The notes: generated by a model not told the origin, from the letters alone. A stretch of DNA of 64,000 nt from Geosiphon pyriformis uo1 (GCA_016748015.1 JAAOMT010000096.1:519991-583990); one strand, 5' to 3'; positions 51,001 through 64,000 are shown, counted from the stretch's first letter. Translations and numbers: made by a program.

Positions 51001-52295
51001 TGAAGCGTGGTTCAAATCTGGGTCTTTGTGGTTGTTGATTTTTTTTGACTGCTTGGGCTAAGGGTTCTAATAACCAGGCAAGATTTGCTGTGAGTCTGTC
51101 TATTAACTGTTCATTTGGGATCTTGAGTGTGAGTGGCAAAAGAAGTAACAGCCATTTGAGGGGCAGGGGCCATGACAGAAGCAGAAGCAAAAACTGGTAG
51201 TGTAGATCCCAAGTGCATCCTTTGGTTATCTTCAATTCTTTGTGCTAATTCAATGGCCATATCCATGGTGGAATTATCTTTCAGGGCCAGGAGGAGCCAA
51301 AGAGCATATGATAGATCAGTTCTCAATCTTTTTGTGAAGGAGTGAATTTTCTGCTCTTCTGTCTAATTTCTCCCAGAGTCTATACGTTTGATTAGCTTTC
51401 TAATAGCCTTGGCATATTCAGTCACTACTTTTCCAGAACCTTGGGTTCTTCTTTCCAATTCCATGCACCATTTTGATATTAATATTGGGGTTCTGAACTT
51501 GGTCTCAAATCGAGTAGTGAAAGAGGTATTTTCTTCTCCAGCATTGAGTGGTGTCCATCTAATTATTCTGTGTTGAGCATTGGCATCTGTTTCTTGTGAG
51601 AACCAGGTAGTAGAAGAGCCTTGGAGGTAGCCACCAATGATTTGGAACTTGTATTCTTCATCATACTGGTTGGCTGTGGCAGCTCTCTCAAAATCATCCA
51701 ACCATTCAATTGGATCTTGTGTATTACCTCTAAATAGTGGTAGTGGGATATTGTTTCTTCTTCCTAAAGCAGTTTGTATACCTTGAAGGGCGGCCAGAAT
51801 GTTTGCTTGCATGGGGTCATTAGCCATTGGTTTAGGGATAACTGTTTGTGTAGACAAGTCTGATTCACTTGATAAAAGATCAAAAACAGGGGCAGTTTGG
51901 TAACTTTCTTCTTCTGTTTCAAAGGGAGTTTCAGTTGCTTGATGGGCAGCAATCCAAATGTGGATTTGATGATTCAGATATTCGAAATCAGGAGACTGTT
52001 GTTCAAAGATTGCAGAATATAAGAGTTGATTAATACTGTTGTTTCTTTCTTCAAAGTCATTTTCAAAATAAGCTTGGTCAAAGTAATAGGTCATATAAGC
52101 TGTGTAGATTTCAGCTGAATGCTCATTCAGAAACCAGTTCCAAAAGTTTTGGAATTGTCTACTGGATTGTTTTTCAAGAGAAAAACAGATCAAACAGGAG
52201 GGCAGAGAATTAAGTTCAATGAAATTTAGATCGTTTCTATTGTGTGCTTCAAAGTGTTCTTTTGATTGCTGTGGCAGATATGAGTAATTATCCAT
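48069..52295 (-). pseudogene. Gypsy gag-PR-RT-RNase H polyprotein (one frame, few stops, two compensating frameshifts)
   Basis: Capsid QDPIEWLDDFERAATANQY, knuckle CYRCGLTGHFSRDC, PR LILDSRSS, RT MPFGLTNAPSTFQ..VYLDN and RH YTDASGYGLGAVLSQ..NADALFR. Confidence 0.95.
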
Positions 52296-52347
52296 ACAAT
52301 GAGGAAATAAGTGAATTTTGACAACCTCACAGAGAGCACCACTTTTA

Positions 52348-53085
52348 TGTTACGGGTTGGAGTAACAAGCTAACGGATAGCAAGGGAGAACAGTATTATA
52401 TGGTGATGGAAATAAACAAAGAGGGAATTACAATAAGGGAGCGAATTGAATAAGTAGGAATTCAATGTGCGTGATCAGTCTCATAAAAATCACAGTCACT
52501 AATCTTTTCTTAAATCTGAAGGTAGAGGAATAGTCCATGATTGTCAACAAGATAACACCGCTGCTATTATTCTATGCCTCAACTTGGCGATTATTAGAAT
52601 CAATAACAGGTATCATTGTGCTTTTCAATTATTTCTTTATTCAATGAATTACAAGAGCAAACTAATTGCTTCTCAGGCTAATTTTAACAAATACAAATCA
52701 AAAAGGGGAAAAGATAAGGTATGTAAATACTAACAAGTAGATACTTGAAGATAAGGAAAGGGGAATAAGCGATTATGAAAGGAAGTAATTGATATTGTTT
52801 GTTTTGTTACTTTGATCATGTCTTTCTATAGCTAAGGGAATTATCATTTATATAGCTATCTAAAGTGGTCAATGACCAGGTCAATGATCAGATTAATGAT
52901 TAGGTCAATGATCAGGTCAACAATCAGATCATTAATCAAGTCAATGATTAGGTTAATGATTAGGTCAACGGTCAAGTCATTGATCAGATCAACAATCACT
53001 ATCTAAAAATAGGGTGGCTAATTATATGACATCAGTGGCTAATACATGTGATAACTAATAAAAACTATGGGTTTTAACTGTAACA
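52348..53085 (-). repeat. 5' LTR, family A (738 bp) with expanded 12-bp tandem array
   Basis: Direct repeat of the 3' LTR, with a (ggtcaatgatca)n array at ~52867-52997. Confidence 0.97.
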
Positions 53086-56000
53086 ATATTATTAAAAGCT
53101 GGAATACACTTTAAAGCTAAAACAATTGTCTATAATTCTGCTATTATAAAAGACATTAAATCACTAATTTTGACACTAATACTTAAATCCAGATCAGCAA
53201 AAAATACAGCTACACCACACTTCATATCATGTGTATCTAAGTTTTTTAGAAATCTATTTGTGTAGACATTAATATTATCCAAATTAACACCAAAAAAATA
53301 TTATTTTACTGTAAAAAATTCATCAGTACCAAAAACATTTAAAAGTCAAAAGACACTAATAAGTAACTGGACAGCAGAATAAGAAGTAAGATTGACTAAG
53401 TAACTATATGTTAACTTAAACCAAAAAAAACTGGATCCCTAAGATTAAGTTTTTTCTAATAACAAAAACTCTTCTAATTAAATATTGACCCCTTTTTATT
53501 ATACAATTGTTTAATAAAAACCATACCAAATTTTTTAAGTAAATAAAAACCATTATAGAATATTATATTTCCCAAAACAAAAGACATAAAAATACTATCA
53601 GAAAAATAAAATGCAGAAGAAAAACAATTAGTAAGAGAAATATTATAATCCAAAAAAATTTTTACCACACCAGCCAAAAAATTGTTAAGCAAATTAATCT
53701 TCAACTTTACAGAATATTGTAAAAAATAAATGGAAAACCAACTCAAAATCTGCAAATCTAAAAACTTATAATCAAAAAAATAATTAAAAACACTACCAGC
53801 ATTCAAAAAACTTAATATAAAAGTTAATTTATTCTCTATTTGCACTTGTTTAAATAATTTTAAGCTATATAAAGACAAATAATAAAAAGTCTTATTAGAA
53901 AAATTCTTAGATAAATCAGCTTTTATTCTTAAATTTTTCCTAATTAGTGTATTCTATTTGTTATATACATTTTTAGAAACAAAACTAAACTGGATTCTAT
54001 AACCAACAATAAATTAAAGCACAACTAAAACTAAATAAAGAAACTGCTTGTCCAAAATAGTTTTTTCCAAAACTTTATTGGCAAAAAACCTGATATTTAA
54101 ATAAGTTTTTTTCAAATTAGATCTGGATAAATCTTTAAAAGAAAAAAAAATACCAAAATATCTATAAGACTCTTTATTCTGTGCTATAAAAATTGGCAGA
54201 CTACTGATGAATAATAAAGCATCCCTAATATTTTGATTGATAAAAATAGTTACTGTTTTTTTATTATTGATTAAAATGTTATTAATATTAAAAAACTTAC
54301 TTATAATATTCAAAATATATTAAGTAACAGTCTAATTATCTTCTACTCAAATTGTGTTATTAATAAAAGCACCAGTTGTCAAAAATAAAGTCAACCCATC
54401 TTGGTTTTTTATTTTGTCAATTTTGGCTATAAACTTAATATTAATATGGTAATTACATAAGTTCTTATGTTTTTTGACTTTATATAAGATAAGATTATAG
54501 AAAATTCTTCAGAGCAAAGGAGAAAAAATTTTACTCTGATCCAAATTATTATGTACTTAGTACTTATTAGTTAATCTATAATCAGTCATAATTCAGTTAA
54601 TTTTATTATTGTGAATACCTCCAAAGAACCTAATAAATTATTCACATATTTTAATTCAAACTAAACTATTTTTTAAATGATGCCAACCAACAGAATTATA
54701 GGTCTTTTGCATATTCTATAAAACCAGCCAAAATTTATAACTTTTTTTTAAAGCATCTTCAATCATTAAACCAACTGCAAAAATAGAAAACTAGGTAGTA
54801 ATGCTCTTTAATACAAAAAAATTGTCATCATAAAAAACATCAAATCTATTACAGACCAAGGAAATTTTATCAGAAAGTATCTTAAAAAGAATCTTTTAAG
54901 TAGTTTTAATTAATACAATCAGTTTGGTATTAGTTAAACTATTTTTTTATTCATCAAGTTTAGAAATTATTAATATCTAAGTTTTCTTCCAAAGTTAAGG
55001 TACAGATTTATGCAATAAACAAAAGTTCAAAAGATCTAAAAACATAATGAAAACAAAATTATTACAATATTTTTATAGCTTATTTGTAATACTAGACAAA
55101 CCAGCAGTCTTTTTATTAAACAGGTCTTTAATTATATGTATTATATTATTATAATTAATAATATCTATAATATAAAAAAAAGCAGTATTATTAACATAAA
55201 TCAATGGTAAATATTATAATATTACAGATTAGAAATATTGTCTAATACCAATCTTTTCTTTGTCCAACTTTGCATAATTACATTAATATTAAATTTAATT
55301 TTAACAAGATTCAGAACCAATTTATCATCAACAACCAAATAATTCAACACAATTTTCCAAAAAAAATGCTTTAATACACTTCTAATTATGTAACTTTTAT
55401 TAATAACAAAGCTCTCTATTTATTTATTAATAGCAGATTTGATATATAACTCTTTAGTCTTTAGTGATTTAACAAGTTTAAAGACATAATATAATTTTTT
55501 TATAACAAAAAAAAACAGATCTTATACAATTAAAATCCAACAAAATCTGAACATTTAAAGCTTTGTCATTGTTTAAAGACAACTAGTGGCTCATTAAAAA
55601 AACAAACTCATTACCAGATTTATTATATAACAATTTGGTAATTTTTGATATCAACAATTTTAATTTATAAAACCTGAAAAATTCTCCAATGAAAACACCA
55701 TCAAACTTTTTGACCCATTATTTTTTAAACACCTCATTGACTAATAAATACACTACTTTACAAATAATATTTTACATTGTATCCAAATCTGAGAATTTCT
55801 TAGATGTAATAAATTTATCAGAAAACATAGTGGCATTGATCATTATAGCATTCTTAAAGTTATTTCATTTAGTATTATTAATACCTTTAAAATCAAATTT
55901 CTAGCAGTTTCTATTTGTTTATTTAGGAAAAAAATTCAACAAATCTTTCAAACTTATAGAAATAAACACAATTTAATGATTAGTGTTAAAATGCTTCTTA

Positions 56001-57135
56001 ATATTTAAAATATTATGACTTATTACTATATTAATTAAATTTAAAAAAACAAATATAAAATTAATTGTTTTTTCAACATCTCTAGAATTAGACCATATTG
56101 AGGTTTTTACAATTAAGTTTTCTGCCAAAAAATTTATTAGCCCCAAATTAAGGCACTTTTTAAAACTAACACATTTACAAAAATCATCTTTATTAAAATT
56201 ATTACTTAAAATCACAAATAAAGTTTTGTTTATAGTCTTAGCAATTAGTAAATTGACTTTTCTAGCTTGAGCCAAGTATGTTGCCAAAGTGGCACCAACA
56301 TACAGCCCCAAAATTGAAATAGAGAGTTTATTCTTAAAAAACAGTTTAATAAACAAAAGTTTACTAGCAATCTCTAAAATTTTGTATACATATTTTGCTA
56401 AACTAATGTTTATAATAACTGTAATATCAGAACCTAAATAACCAAAACCTAAATGACTAGACTTCAAACTAAAAGTAAACATTTGAATACTATTAAACTT
56501 GTTTATAATCTACAAACAAATCTTTTCTTTTAATTTTGTCTTAGTAACAATAAAAATCAAATTGTTCATTTCTCTATGCTTACAAATAATATCCTCTTGC
56601 TTTACAAAATTGTTCATATTTTTAACATTGCATATAGCAAATTTCTAGATTAAATCAGTTATTGTTAAGGAAAAATGTTTAAACCCAAACTTTTATTGTT
56701 TACTTTGACTAGCAAACTCATAATCATATCTGATAAATTGTTCATTTTTTCGTTAAATTCCTTGACAATTATTTAATTTTAAGATTTTACTTTTATTATA
56801 ATCTTACTACTAATGACTACACCTAAACTTTTACTTATCACTATATTTACCCTTTAATTTTGTGATAAAAAGATCACTAATAACTAACATTTAAGATTAG
56901 GCTAAAAAATTATTAATCTAAGTACATCTAATCTTTTAGCTAACTTTTTGACTTGTTCTATAAGGTTAACAAAACTGCTCTTAAGAATGGCAAACCTATT
57001 ATTTATGTCTAAAGAAATCAGTAGAAGAGATTTAGTATTTAAAAATAAACCAATATTAGAAAAAACCAAAGGCACCACATAAAAAATAGAACCATTAGCA
57101 ATTTGAGCTCAAGTCTTCTCACCAAATGAAACTGG

Positions 57136-57552
57136 TATTACTTTTAGAATATAGGAAGTATAGTAGTATATAAATTAGCCAATCGGAAGTAGTTATAGTA
57201 AATATGGAATTCCAGGATTCTCATATGAAAAATTGCAGGATTCCAAAATTCCAGAATTTTTTTCAAAAGAATTGTAGAATTTCTGGTGTAAAAAATTAAG
57301 GAATTGAAGAATCTTAATTATGTATATATAATAGTAGCATTAAAAGTAGAAAAAACAGACCTTTTAGTTTAGATTTTATCTAAGCAATCTTTCAATTTAC
57401 AAATATCAATAAATAATTATTTGTTATCTCAATTTACTTTCCACTATCAACATGAAGTGTTAATAGTAATTGATACTTAACCATACTAGAACAATAGCTC
57501 TTGATCACAGCTATTGATAGAATACTAACATTTATTGTCTTGGCTTATTTCT

Positions 57553-57602
<50 letters not shown>

Positions 57603-58140
57603 CTGACTANNNNNNNNNNNNNNNNNNNNGCTTATTTTTTTTTTTTTTTCTTTTTTTTTTTCTTTTTTTATTCTGTTATTTTTATTGCTGACTAATTAAT
57701 TAAAGATTAAAGTGCTGAGTTATTAATGTCAAGAATTGTTTGATAAAAGATCTTTGCAAGTAAGTAAAACATGTAAGAAATACAGATTGCTTATTAGAGA
57801 ATTGCCAGCCACCAAGCTAAGAAAAAAATTCATAGAATTATAATTCTGGAAGACTATAGAAAACAACTATTAAATCTCTGTCTATTATACAAAGAACTCA
57901 ACCAAAACCTTTAGACAATCAAAACTTTCAGATCATAATAATCATATCAACTATTAGCACCAAATTATAAGTTTGTTATTTGTTTCAGCACTCCAAATAA
58001 TTACCTGTAACATTTGGTGCTTTTTGTGAAGTATAATCTTACAAAGAACCAGTACCAATACACAACCATCCAAAAATAACAGAATCAGAAAGAATAAGGA
58101 CAAACCATTTAGGATTTACCAAATCCTTATTCCAAATTAT
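57136..58140 (+). mobile_element. Family C LTR (57136-58012) with PBS and a short internal stub
   Basis: Matches the reverse complement of 26639-27612. PBS relic tggtgctttttgtgaag at 58015. Contains a 20-N gap in a T-rich tract. Confidence 0.85.
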
Positions 58141-58149
58141 TTATGGATT

Positions 58150-60560
58150 TACTATTTAAAAAAAAATATTCAGAATATTATAATGTGATCAAAAAGCCAA
58201 GATCTTTAAACATAATTGAAATTGGTATTATGTATTTCTTTTCTATTAGTTATTTAACACTTAACATATATTTTCTATATTATATCAATAAAAAATTTAA
58301 AAAGAATATTATTCATTTATGAATTCAATTAGGACTTGCAATTAATTTTAAAAATATTATGTATTTAATAATGATTTACACATTTTTAAAAATGCCAAAT
58401 TCTTATAAGTAAGAAGTTTATTAGGTTTTTAGAAAAAAATCTGGGTTTTATCTACTTGAATTAATATGTTTTATACATTTTTTGCATTAAAACAAACTTA
58501 TTAAAAAATGTACAATACTAATAAAAAAAGCTATTTAAGGTTATAGACTTTAAGACAACTTTGGTTTTCTTAATTAAAATAAAGCCAAAGATCTTTTAAT
58601 TCTAATCTGATTTTCCTAAATTAATACCAATTAATATAAGTTTTTTAATTATTATGATAAACTATTATATATCACATTTTAATAAGTTGTTGAAATATTC
58701 AATAATCAAAATTTTTTTTACAGTCTAAGAAACTAATTCTAAAATTAGATCATAATTTGGTCAAATATACAATAGATATTTTAGTCATTATATTTTTCTT
58801 TGATATAATTTATTATTTAAATATTAAATTTAACCAGAAATTTTTATTATAAGAATTTCATATATTTCTTAAATCCAAGCAATTTTTTGAAATACAATAT
58901 TATGATTATTGAAAAGTTATTTGTGAATTCAAAATAAGTATTTACATTATAATAAAAATAATACTGGTCAAAATTTTCAAAGTTTTTTACTGTTTTTTGT
59001 CTTTTATATATTGCAAAAACAGTTGGTGAGTTCTTTTTTTTTAAATCTGATCAAGTTAATTTTTAATCATAAATATTACTTTTATGTTTTATATTTTTAA
59101 GCTTTTAATTATTTTTTTCATTAGATAAAACACAATCTATTCCTAAAATTTTACAAAAAAAAAGTGTTCAAAACATTAGTTATTAAAAAACATATGTTAT
59201 AAAATATTGTAGGAAAATGTTATGTTATGTACATAGAGATTATATTTGAAGTATAATATTTGTTTTGAAATTGTTATATAATTACTGTAAGTTTAATTCC
59301 ACAGAATTTATTTATAAAATATCTTAAAAAATTTAATAATAATAATATTTATATATATGAATCTTTATATATAGTGGCATTAAAATTTTTTGCTACTATT
59401 AATAATTAGAAAAATACAATTTTTTATATCTAAATTATATCAGTACACATAATACACTATTTAATACCATAAATTATAAAAAGTTTTTTAGCAAAATCTG
59501 TTTTAGTTTCTTTTATACAGTATATTCTTAATCAAAAACCAATTAACAATACATCAAAAACTTAAAATAAACAAATTTTTTCTTCATTTATATTTCTATT
59601 ATTATATATTACTATACAACAACAAAAGCCAACAAATGTCTTTGGAAATTAGTATATACAAAATAGAACATTTGGAAAAATAAAGTTGAAAGTCAAAGTT
59701 TTAGATAATATAAATATCAGCCAGTCATATATTTTGTCTAATTTAATGGTTAAGTTATATAATCAATCATATTTAACTATAATATTATCTTATTTAGTTT
59801 TTTTAATCTATCTTAAAAGCTTTATTCTAAGATTTTCAGAAAAAATCTTATATCTGCCTAAATTGATACATCTACAAGCATGTAGAAAAAAAAACCAACT
59901 TTGATAAAATGTAAATTATTAATCAAACATCAAATAATAAAACAGATATTGAACTTACTGCACAGAAAAACTTAAGAATTACATTAAAATTAACAATTAT
60001 AATATTTATAAAAGCATTTAACAAACTTTTTCAACCACAAATAAAAACAAATTAGAAACATCTATCAAGCTATTAAATAGTATTGTCCACTTTAAGACAC
60101 ATGTTTCAAATATTATAATATATGATATTGCAAAAAAAAGTAAAACATTTATAATTTACTATAAAGTTTATTTATTAAAAAATTATTTACATTAATTTTT
60201 TTCATAAATTTTGAGCTGCATTCTTACTTCAAAATATAAAAGTTAAGATGAGTAATCAATCTTTTCAATGTCTTTTAATACTAAATATTTTGTTTACAAT
60301 ATTACTCTTGGACTAACAGTCAATTATGTCACAGTTATTTTAATTTTTGTCTTAAATTTGCTGTTTCCAGCACCAAAACCAGTTGTTTTTGATGTTTATT
60401 AAGAGGAACACAAAATTATAAATAGAGCATAAATAATATTCCCAAATTCTTCAACAATTGCTCATAGTACTTTTATAATTCTTTTGGTGTTTAATATTAA
60501 TTGAAAGCCTTTCTAAAAATAATAATACTTTGATGATTTATTACATGGTAATGTGACTTT
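58150..60560. other. CpG-free decayed sequence, probably a relic of an unidentified repeat or DNA transposon
   Basis: It has the same decay signature as the TEs and coding-like remnants on the minus strand (~60300-60470), but no diagnostic motif was recognised. Confidence 0.3.
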
Positions 60561-61063
60561 AATGATTGCTAATTGGCTAAAATCTGATTGATCGGCATCT
60601 GAAAATTAAAGATTAATAATAAAAGTGGCTAATTTTAAACTTTAATTCGCAAAAATGGTAAATAAAGACACGTGCACAAGATAGTAGCGATTCTGCTTTT
60701 TTTCGCGGCTTTTGCTATGTAGGAAACCAGCATTTTTGCCTCCATTCATATAGTAAAAATTATTAGCATTCAACGATTCAAAATTTTCACAGTCAGTAAT
60801 ATGCCTTTTTTTGGAAAAAGTGTGAAAGCTTACAAAGATCTCTTTTCTGTTGAGCAAACTAGAGTTAATTGAAGTGTTTTTCTGTTATAACTTGGCAGCT
60901 GTTTGTCGAGTTTACATAGGAAAGTGATTAACCACACCCCCATTTATTGTTTTATCATCTTGATTGGTATGTTCAACAGTTTTTTTACGGGAACAATATG
61001 GCCAAAAATAAGAAAACTGAAACATGGTGAGAATGGTATCAATTTTGCAGGTGGTTTCCCTTA

Positions 61064-62192
61064 TTATTCATTTTCTATAACTATCGTATCTCCTGAAGAA
61101 CTTCCAGCTCTACCAATTTCTAACATTTGTCGTGCTTGTTCATTTGCAGTATCTTTAAAAGCACGAGAAAACCTCCCAATCCAATTTTGGATCGTATTCA
61201 CTTTTGGAACGTCCTTCTGCACAATCTCTCCNNNNNNNNNNNNNNNNNNNNNNNNNNNNNNNNNNNNNNNNNNNNNNNNNNNNNNNNNNNNNNNNNNNNN
61301 NNNNNNNNNNNNNNNNNNNNNNNNNNNNNNNNNNNNNNNNNNNNNNNNNNNNNNNNNNNNNNNNNNNNNNNNNNNNNNNNNNNNNNNNNNNNNNNNNNNN
61401 NNNNNNNNNNNNNNNNNNNNNNNNNNNNNNNNNNNNNNNNNNNNNNNNNNNNNNNNNNNNNNNNNNNNNNNNNNNNNNNNNNNNNNNNNNNNNNNNNNNN
61501 NNNNNNNNNNNNNNNNNNNNNNNNNNNNNNNNNNNNNNNNNNNNNNNNNNNNNNNNNNNNNNNNNNNNNNNNNNNNNNNNNNNNNNNNNNNNNNNNNNNN
61601 NNNNNNNNNNNNNNNNNNNNNNNNNNNNNNNNNNNNNNNNNNNNNNNNNNNNNNNNNNNNNNNNNNNNNNNNNNNNNNNNNNNNNNNNNNNNNNNNNNNN
61701 NNNNNNNNNNNNNNNNNNNNNNNNNNNNNNNNNNNNNNNNNNNNNNNNNNNNNNNNNNNNNNNNNNNNNNNNNNNNNNNNNNNNNNNNNNNNNNNNNNNN
61801 NNNNNNNNNNNNNNNNNNNNNNNNNNNNNNNNNNNNNNNNNNNNNNNNNNNNGGATTGAAAGACCCGAGTATTCTGTCTTGACACCAAATATACTTTGAT
61901 ACAAAGTATTGATTGCAGTCGAAGGTGAGTTTTCAATATTACTAGATTCTGAACCATTAGTACAAATAAAGCCAGGTTTCTGACAATTAGTTTGTTTAAC
62001 TATTGTCATTATAAACTGTTGTTTGTTTAGTTTAAAACCAACACGCATATACAGTCGGTAAGGTATAGTAAAAACCTCATTTTCAAATTGTTTCTGAATC
62101 CACCAATTCCGAGTAAACAAACCATAATGTGTTTCAGAAATAATAAGACCTTTGTCAAGGAGGTTTACAGTGTATTGTTGACTTTGAGCCAT
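61064..62192 (-). CDS. Hypothetical protein spanning an assembly gap; N-terminus loosely FYR-like
   Basis: Open from MAQSQQY..HYGLFTRNWW..PYRLYMRV..KPGFIC..SPSTAINTLYQSIF up to the gap. After the gap it reads VPKVNTIQNWIGRFSRAFK..* CpG is retained. Confidence 0.6.
61232..61852. other. Assembly gap (N run)
   Basis: 621 N. Confidence 1.
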
Positions 62193-62594
62193 ATTATGAC
62201 AAATGTTAAGAAAGACAGAACATTTAAAAACGAAGAAAAAACTATAATAAGTATAACCGCTAAATTTGATTATCATTTGTCGATCATTTGAACCAGGTGA
62301 TATCCGATCTGTGAATTAATAACTTTATAAAATATAATATAATTTAAAAAATTTAAATGTAAATGTAAAAGAGAAGAACTTAATCTATCATATTTACAGT
62401 TTAGTTTTTTAATATTATTAAAATTGGAAAACTAGATAAAATTTAAAATTATATAAATTGTTTGAAAACTATAAATGGGGCGTGCTGCAACAAAACCAGA
62501 CAAAGTGAGCACGTCGCTACCAGTGGCTTAGTATTTGGGATGACGCGTACGTGATCCTAATACGATACGTAAACCATCTTGTCTGTCTTCCACA

Positions 62595-64000
62595 ATGAAC
62601 GAAACCGACAAGCCCTTTCCTGGTGAAGCTAGTAAGTGTCAAAGAAAGCCTTCTTTAAAAGAGAAATTAACCCAGTAACCCGCTTATACCAAATTTTATT
62701 CGTGTCTTTGACAGTTATTATCAATTATTTTACGAAAACACCACCCAAAAATTGGTCATACCTTGAGTTTTTAAAAAGCAATCGTTCTGAGATTCTCGTG
62801 TTGCCTCCCTTTGCAGCCGACTGGACGGGTCTTAATGGTGCCTGGCAAGGCCGCTTCTCTACCAAAGCCAAAGAGAATCCACAATGGGACATTTCAAAAG
62901 ACAAGGCGAATGTATTTTTATCTTTAACGAATGATGCAGAGTCCTTGGCAAGTGGTACGGAACCTCTTGGAAGGGTCTCTACCCGCCCCAATGAGGGTAG
63001 GGAGCGGTGGTTATGCCAACCTCCTTTTTTGTATCATCCACTTTGTGGAAACTGTGGACTCTTCTTTGACGGTCTCTACCGGCAACCAAGTGCCGAGAGC
63101 GATGATTTCATCCTCTCTTCTGCAGTGATTGTCATCTACTTTGCTTTTGAGTTAGTGGGAAATTAGCTGGAAAATTACATATGATGCAGAGTCCTTGGCA
63201 AGTGGTACAGAACCTCTTGGAAGGGTCTCTACCCGCCCCAATGAGGGTAGGGAGCGGTGGTTATGCCAACCTCCTTTTTTGTATCATCCACTTTGTGGAA
63301 ACTGTGGACTCTTCTTTGACGGTCTCTACCGGCAACCAAGTGCCGAGAGCGATGATTTCATCCTCTCTTCTGCAGTGATTGTCATCTACTTTGCTTTTGA
63401 GTTAGTGGGAAATTAGCTGGAAAATTACATATGATGCAGAGTCCTTGGCAAGTGACTTCATATTTCAATAATTACAGGTGACAGATACTCATAGGATAAG
63501 TCTTTTTTGGCTTGGCATCATCAAGGACCGTAAAACGACGGCAAAAGAGGTAGGAAATGAAATGGTGTTAAGCTGTTATTTTTAGAATTTCCAAGATTAA
63601 AATATTTGCGATTGCGAATAGATTGATGTTGCAACCAATTATGAGATCTCTAGCTTAGAGTTGTTGGATGTTGCCCGTGAGAAGAAAACGAGCAATGTCA
63701 TCGCTCACATACAAAATGCTGATAAGGTTAGTGGATGAGAACAGTATTTATATGCATTACTATAACTATTATCTAGTGCTCCGACCAGCACAGGATTGGT
63801 TGGATCAACTATTGATTATTCTCTAATGTTACAGGCCGGAAAAATTCCGTTTGATGTCTCATTCGACGAATACGTTGATCTTGGCTTGGAACGAAAAAGG
63901 AAGAACTCTGTTGATGACATCCCAAGTGACGAAGAGGACGAAAACAGCGTCGAAGACAATGATCGAGGTATGAAGTTAACAGAAATTGGTCCTACGATTG
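62595..64000 (+). CDS. Multi-exon hypothetical protein, 3'-incomplete; exons 62595-62631, 62715-62905, 63478-63549, 63622-63726, 63835->64000
   Basis: The frame stays open after splicing: MNETDKPFPGEA|IIINYFTKTPPKNWSYLEFL..SKDK|VTDTHRISLFW..AKE|IDVATNYE..NADK|AGKIPF..SDEEDEN. Three introns are GT-AG and one is a putative GC-AG. CpG is retained. Confidence 0.7.
62931..63454. repeat. Tandem repeat: two 250-bp units plus 24 bp
   Basis: atgatgcagagtccttggcaagtg starts at 62931, 63181 and 63431. The units differ at one visible site (62959 g vs 63209 a). Confidence 0.95.

Larger units (their letters stand above)
45357..53085 (-). mobile_element. Full-length Ty3/Gypsy element (family A), youngest in the window, TSD ATAT
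   Basis: LTRs at 45357-46022 and 52348-53085, with atat at 45353-45356 and 53086-53089. PBS tggtgctctctgtgagg at 52325-52341 and PPT ggaaaggatga at 46023-46033. Confidence 0.97.
43610..57135 (-). mobile_element. Degenerate LINE (43610-43904, 44882-45356, 53090-57135) split by a solo LTR and a full Gypsy
   Basis: RNase H IKVKDHLGV (~45182-45208) and VYTNRFL (~53250); RT GAFINNTI (~54352-54372) and QKTYNSVGWHHL (~54680-54710); APE (~55973-56650); ORF1 tail to 57135. The sequence rejoins across both insertions at their TSDs. Confidence 0.85.

Noticed and set aside
57541-57670. Poly-Phe ORF / long poly-T
   Set aside because: Low-complexity LTR tract around a 20-N gap, with gcttattt duplicated on both sides; likely an assembly artefact.
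60903-61899. Long plus-strand ORFs across 61232-61852
   Set aside because: Artefacts of translating through the N run.
62931-63454. CRISPR-like repeat-spacer pattern
   Set aside because: The spacers are 226 bp and essentially identical, the context is a eukaryotic intron and no cas genes are present.
1-64000. Alternative genetic code or organellar/endosymbiont origin to explain the many TGA/TAA stops
   Set aside because: The stops map to CGA/CAA/TGG decay in TEs only, while the host genes read cleanly in the standard code with spliceosomal introns.

Overview
Very AT-rich eukaryotic genomic DNA, most likely from a Glomeromycotina/Mucoromycota fungus (inferred from the intron style, the gene families and the TE types; Geosiphon-like). 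Most of the window is a nested pile of decayed transposons. These include RNase H-bearing LINEs, at least three Ty3/Gypsy LTR families (two near-full-length elements at 16779-26638 and 45357-53085, plus solo and partial LTRs) and one hAT with an 8-bp TSD. The repeats have lost almost all CpG and show strong C>T/G>A decay. CpG survives in three short islands (1-250, ~34480-35920, ~60590-64000), and the last two hold the host genes: a 3-exon metazoan-type 4E-BP with RAIP-like, YxxxxL-phi and TOS motifs, a gap-spanning hypothetical gene, and a multi-exon hypothetical gene with a 2x250-bp intronic insertion. The main observation is that two unrelated Gypsy families share a three-ORF layout. A gag-PR-(dUTPase)-RT-RNaseH frame stops just after RNase H, integrase appears to have its own start, and a mutually homologous ~220-235 aa accessory ORF sits in the env position and reads through the PPT into the 3' LTR.
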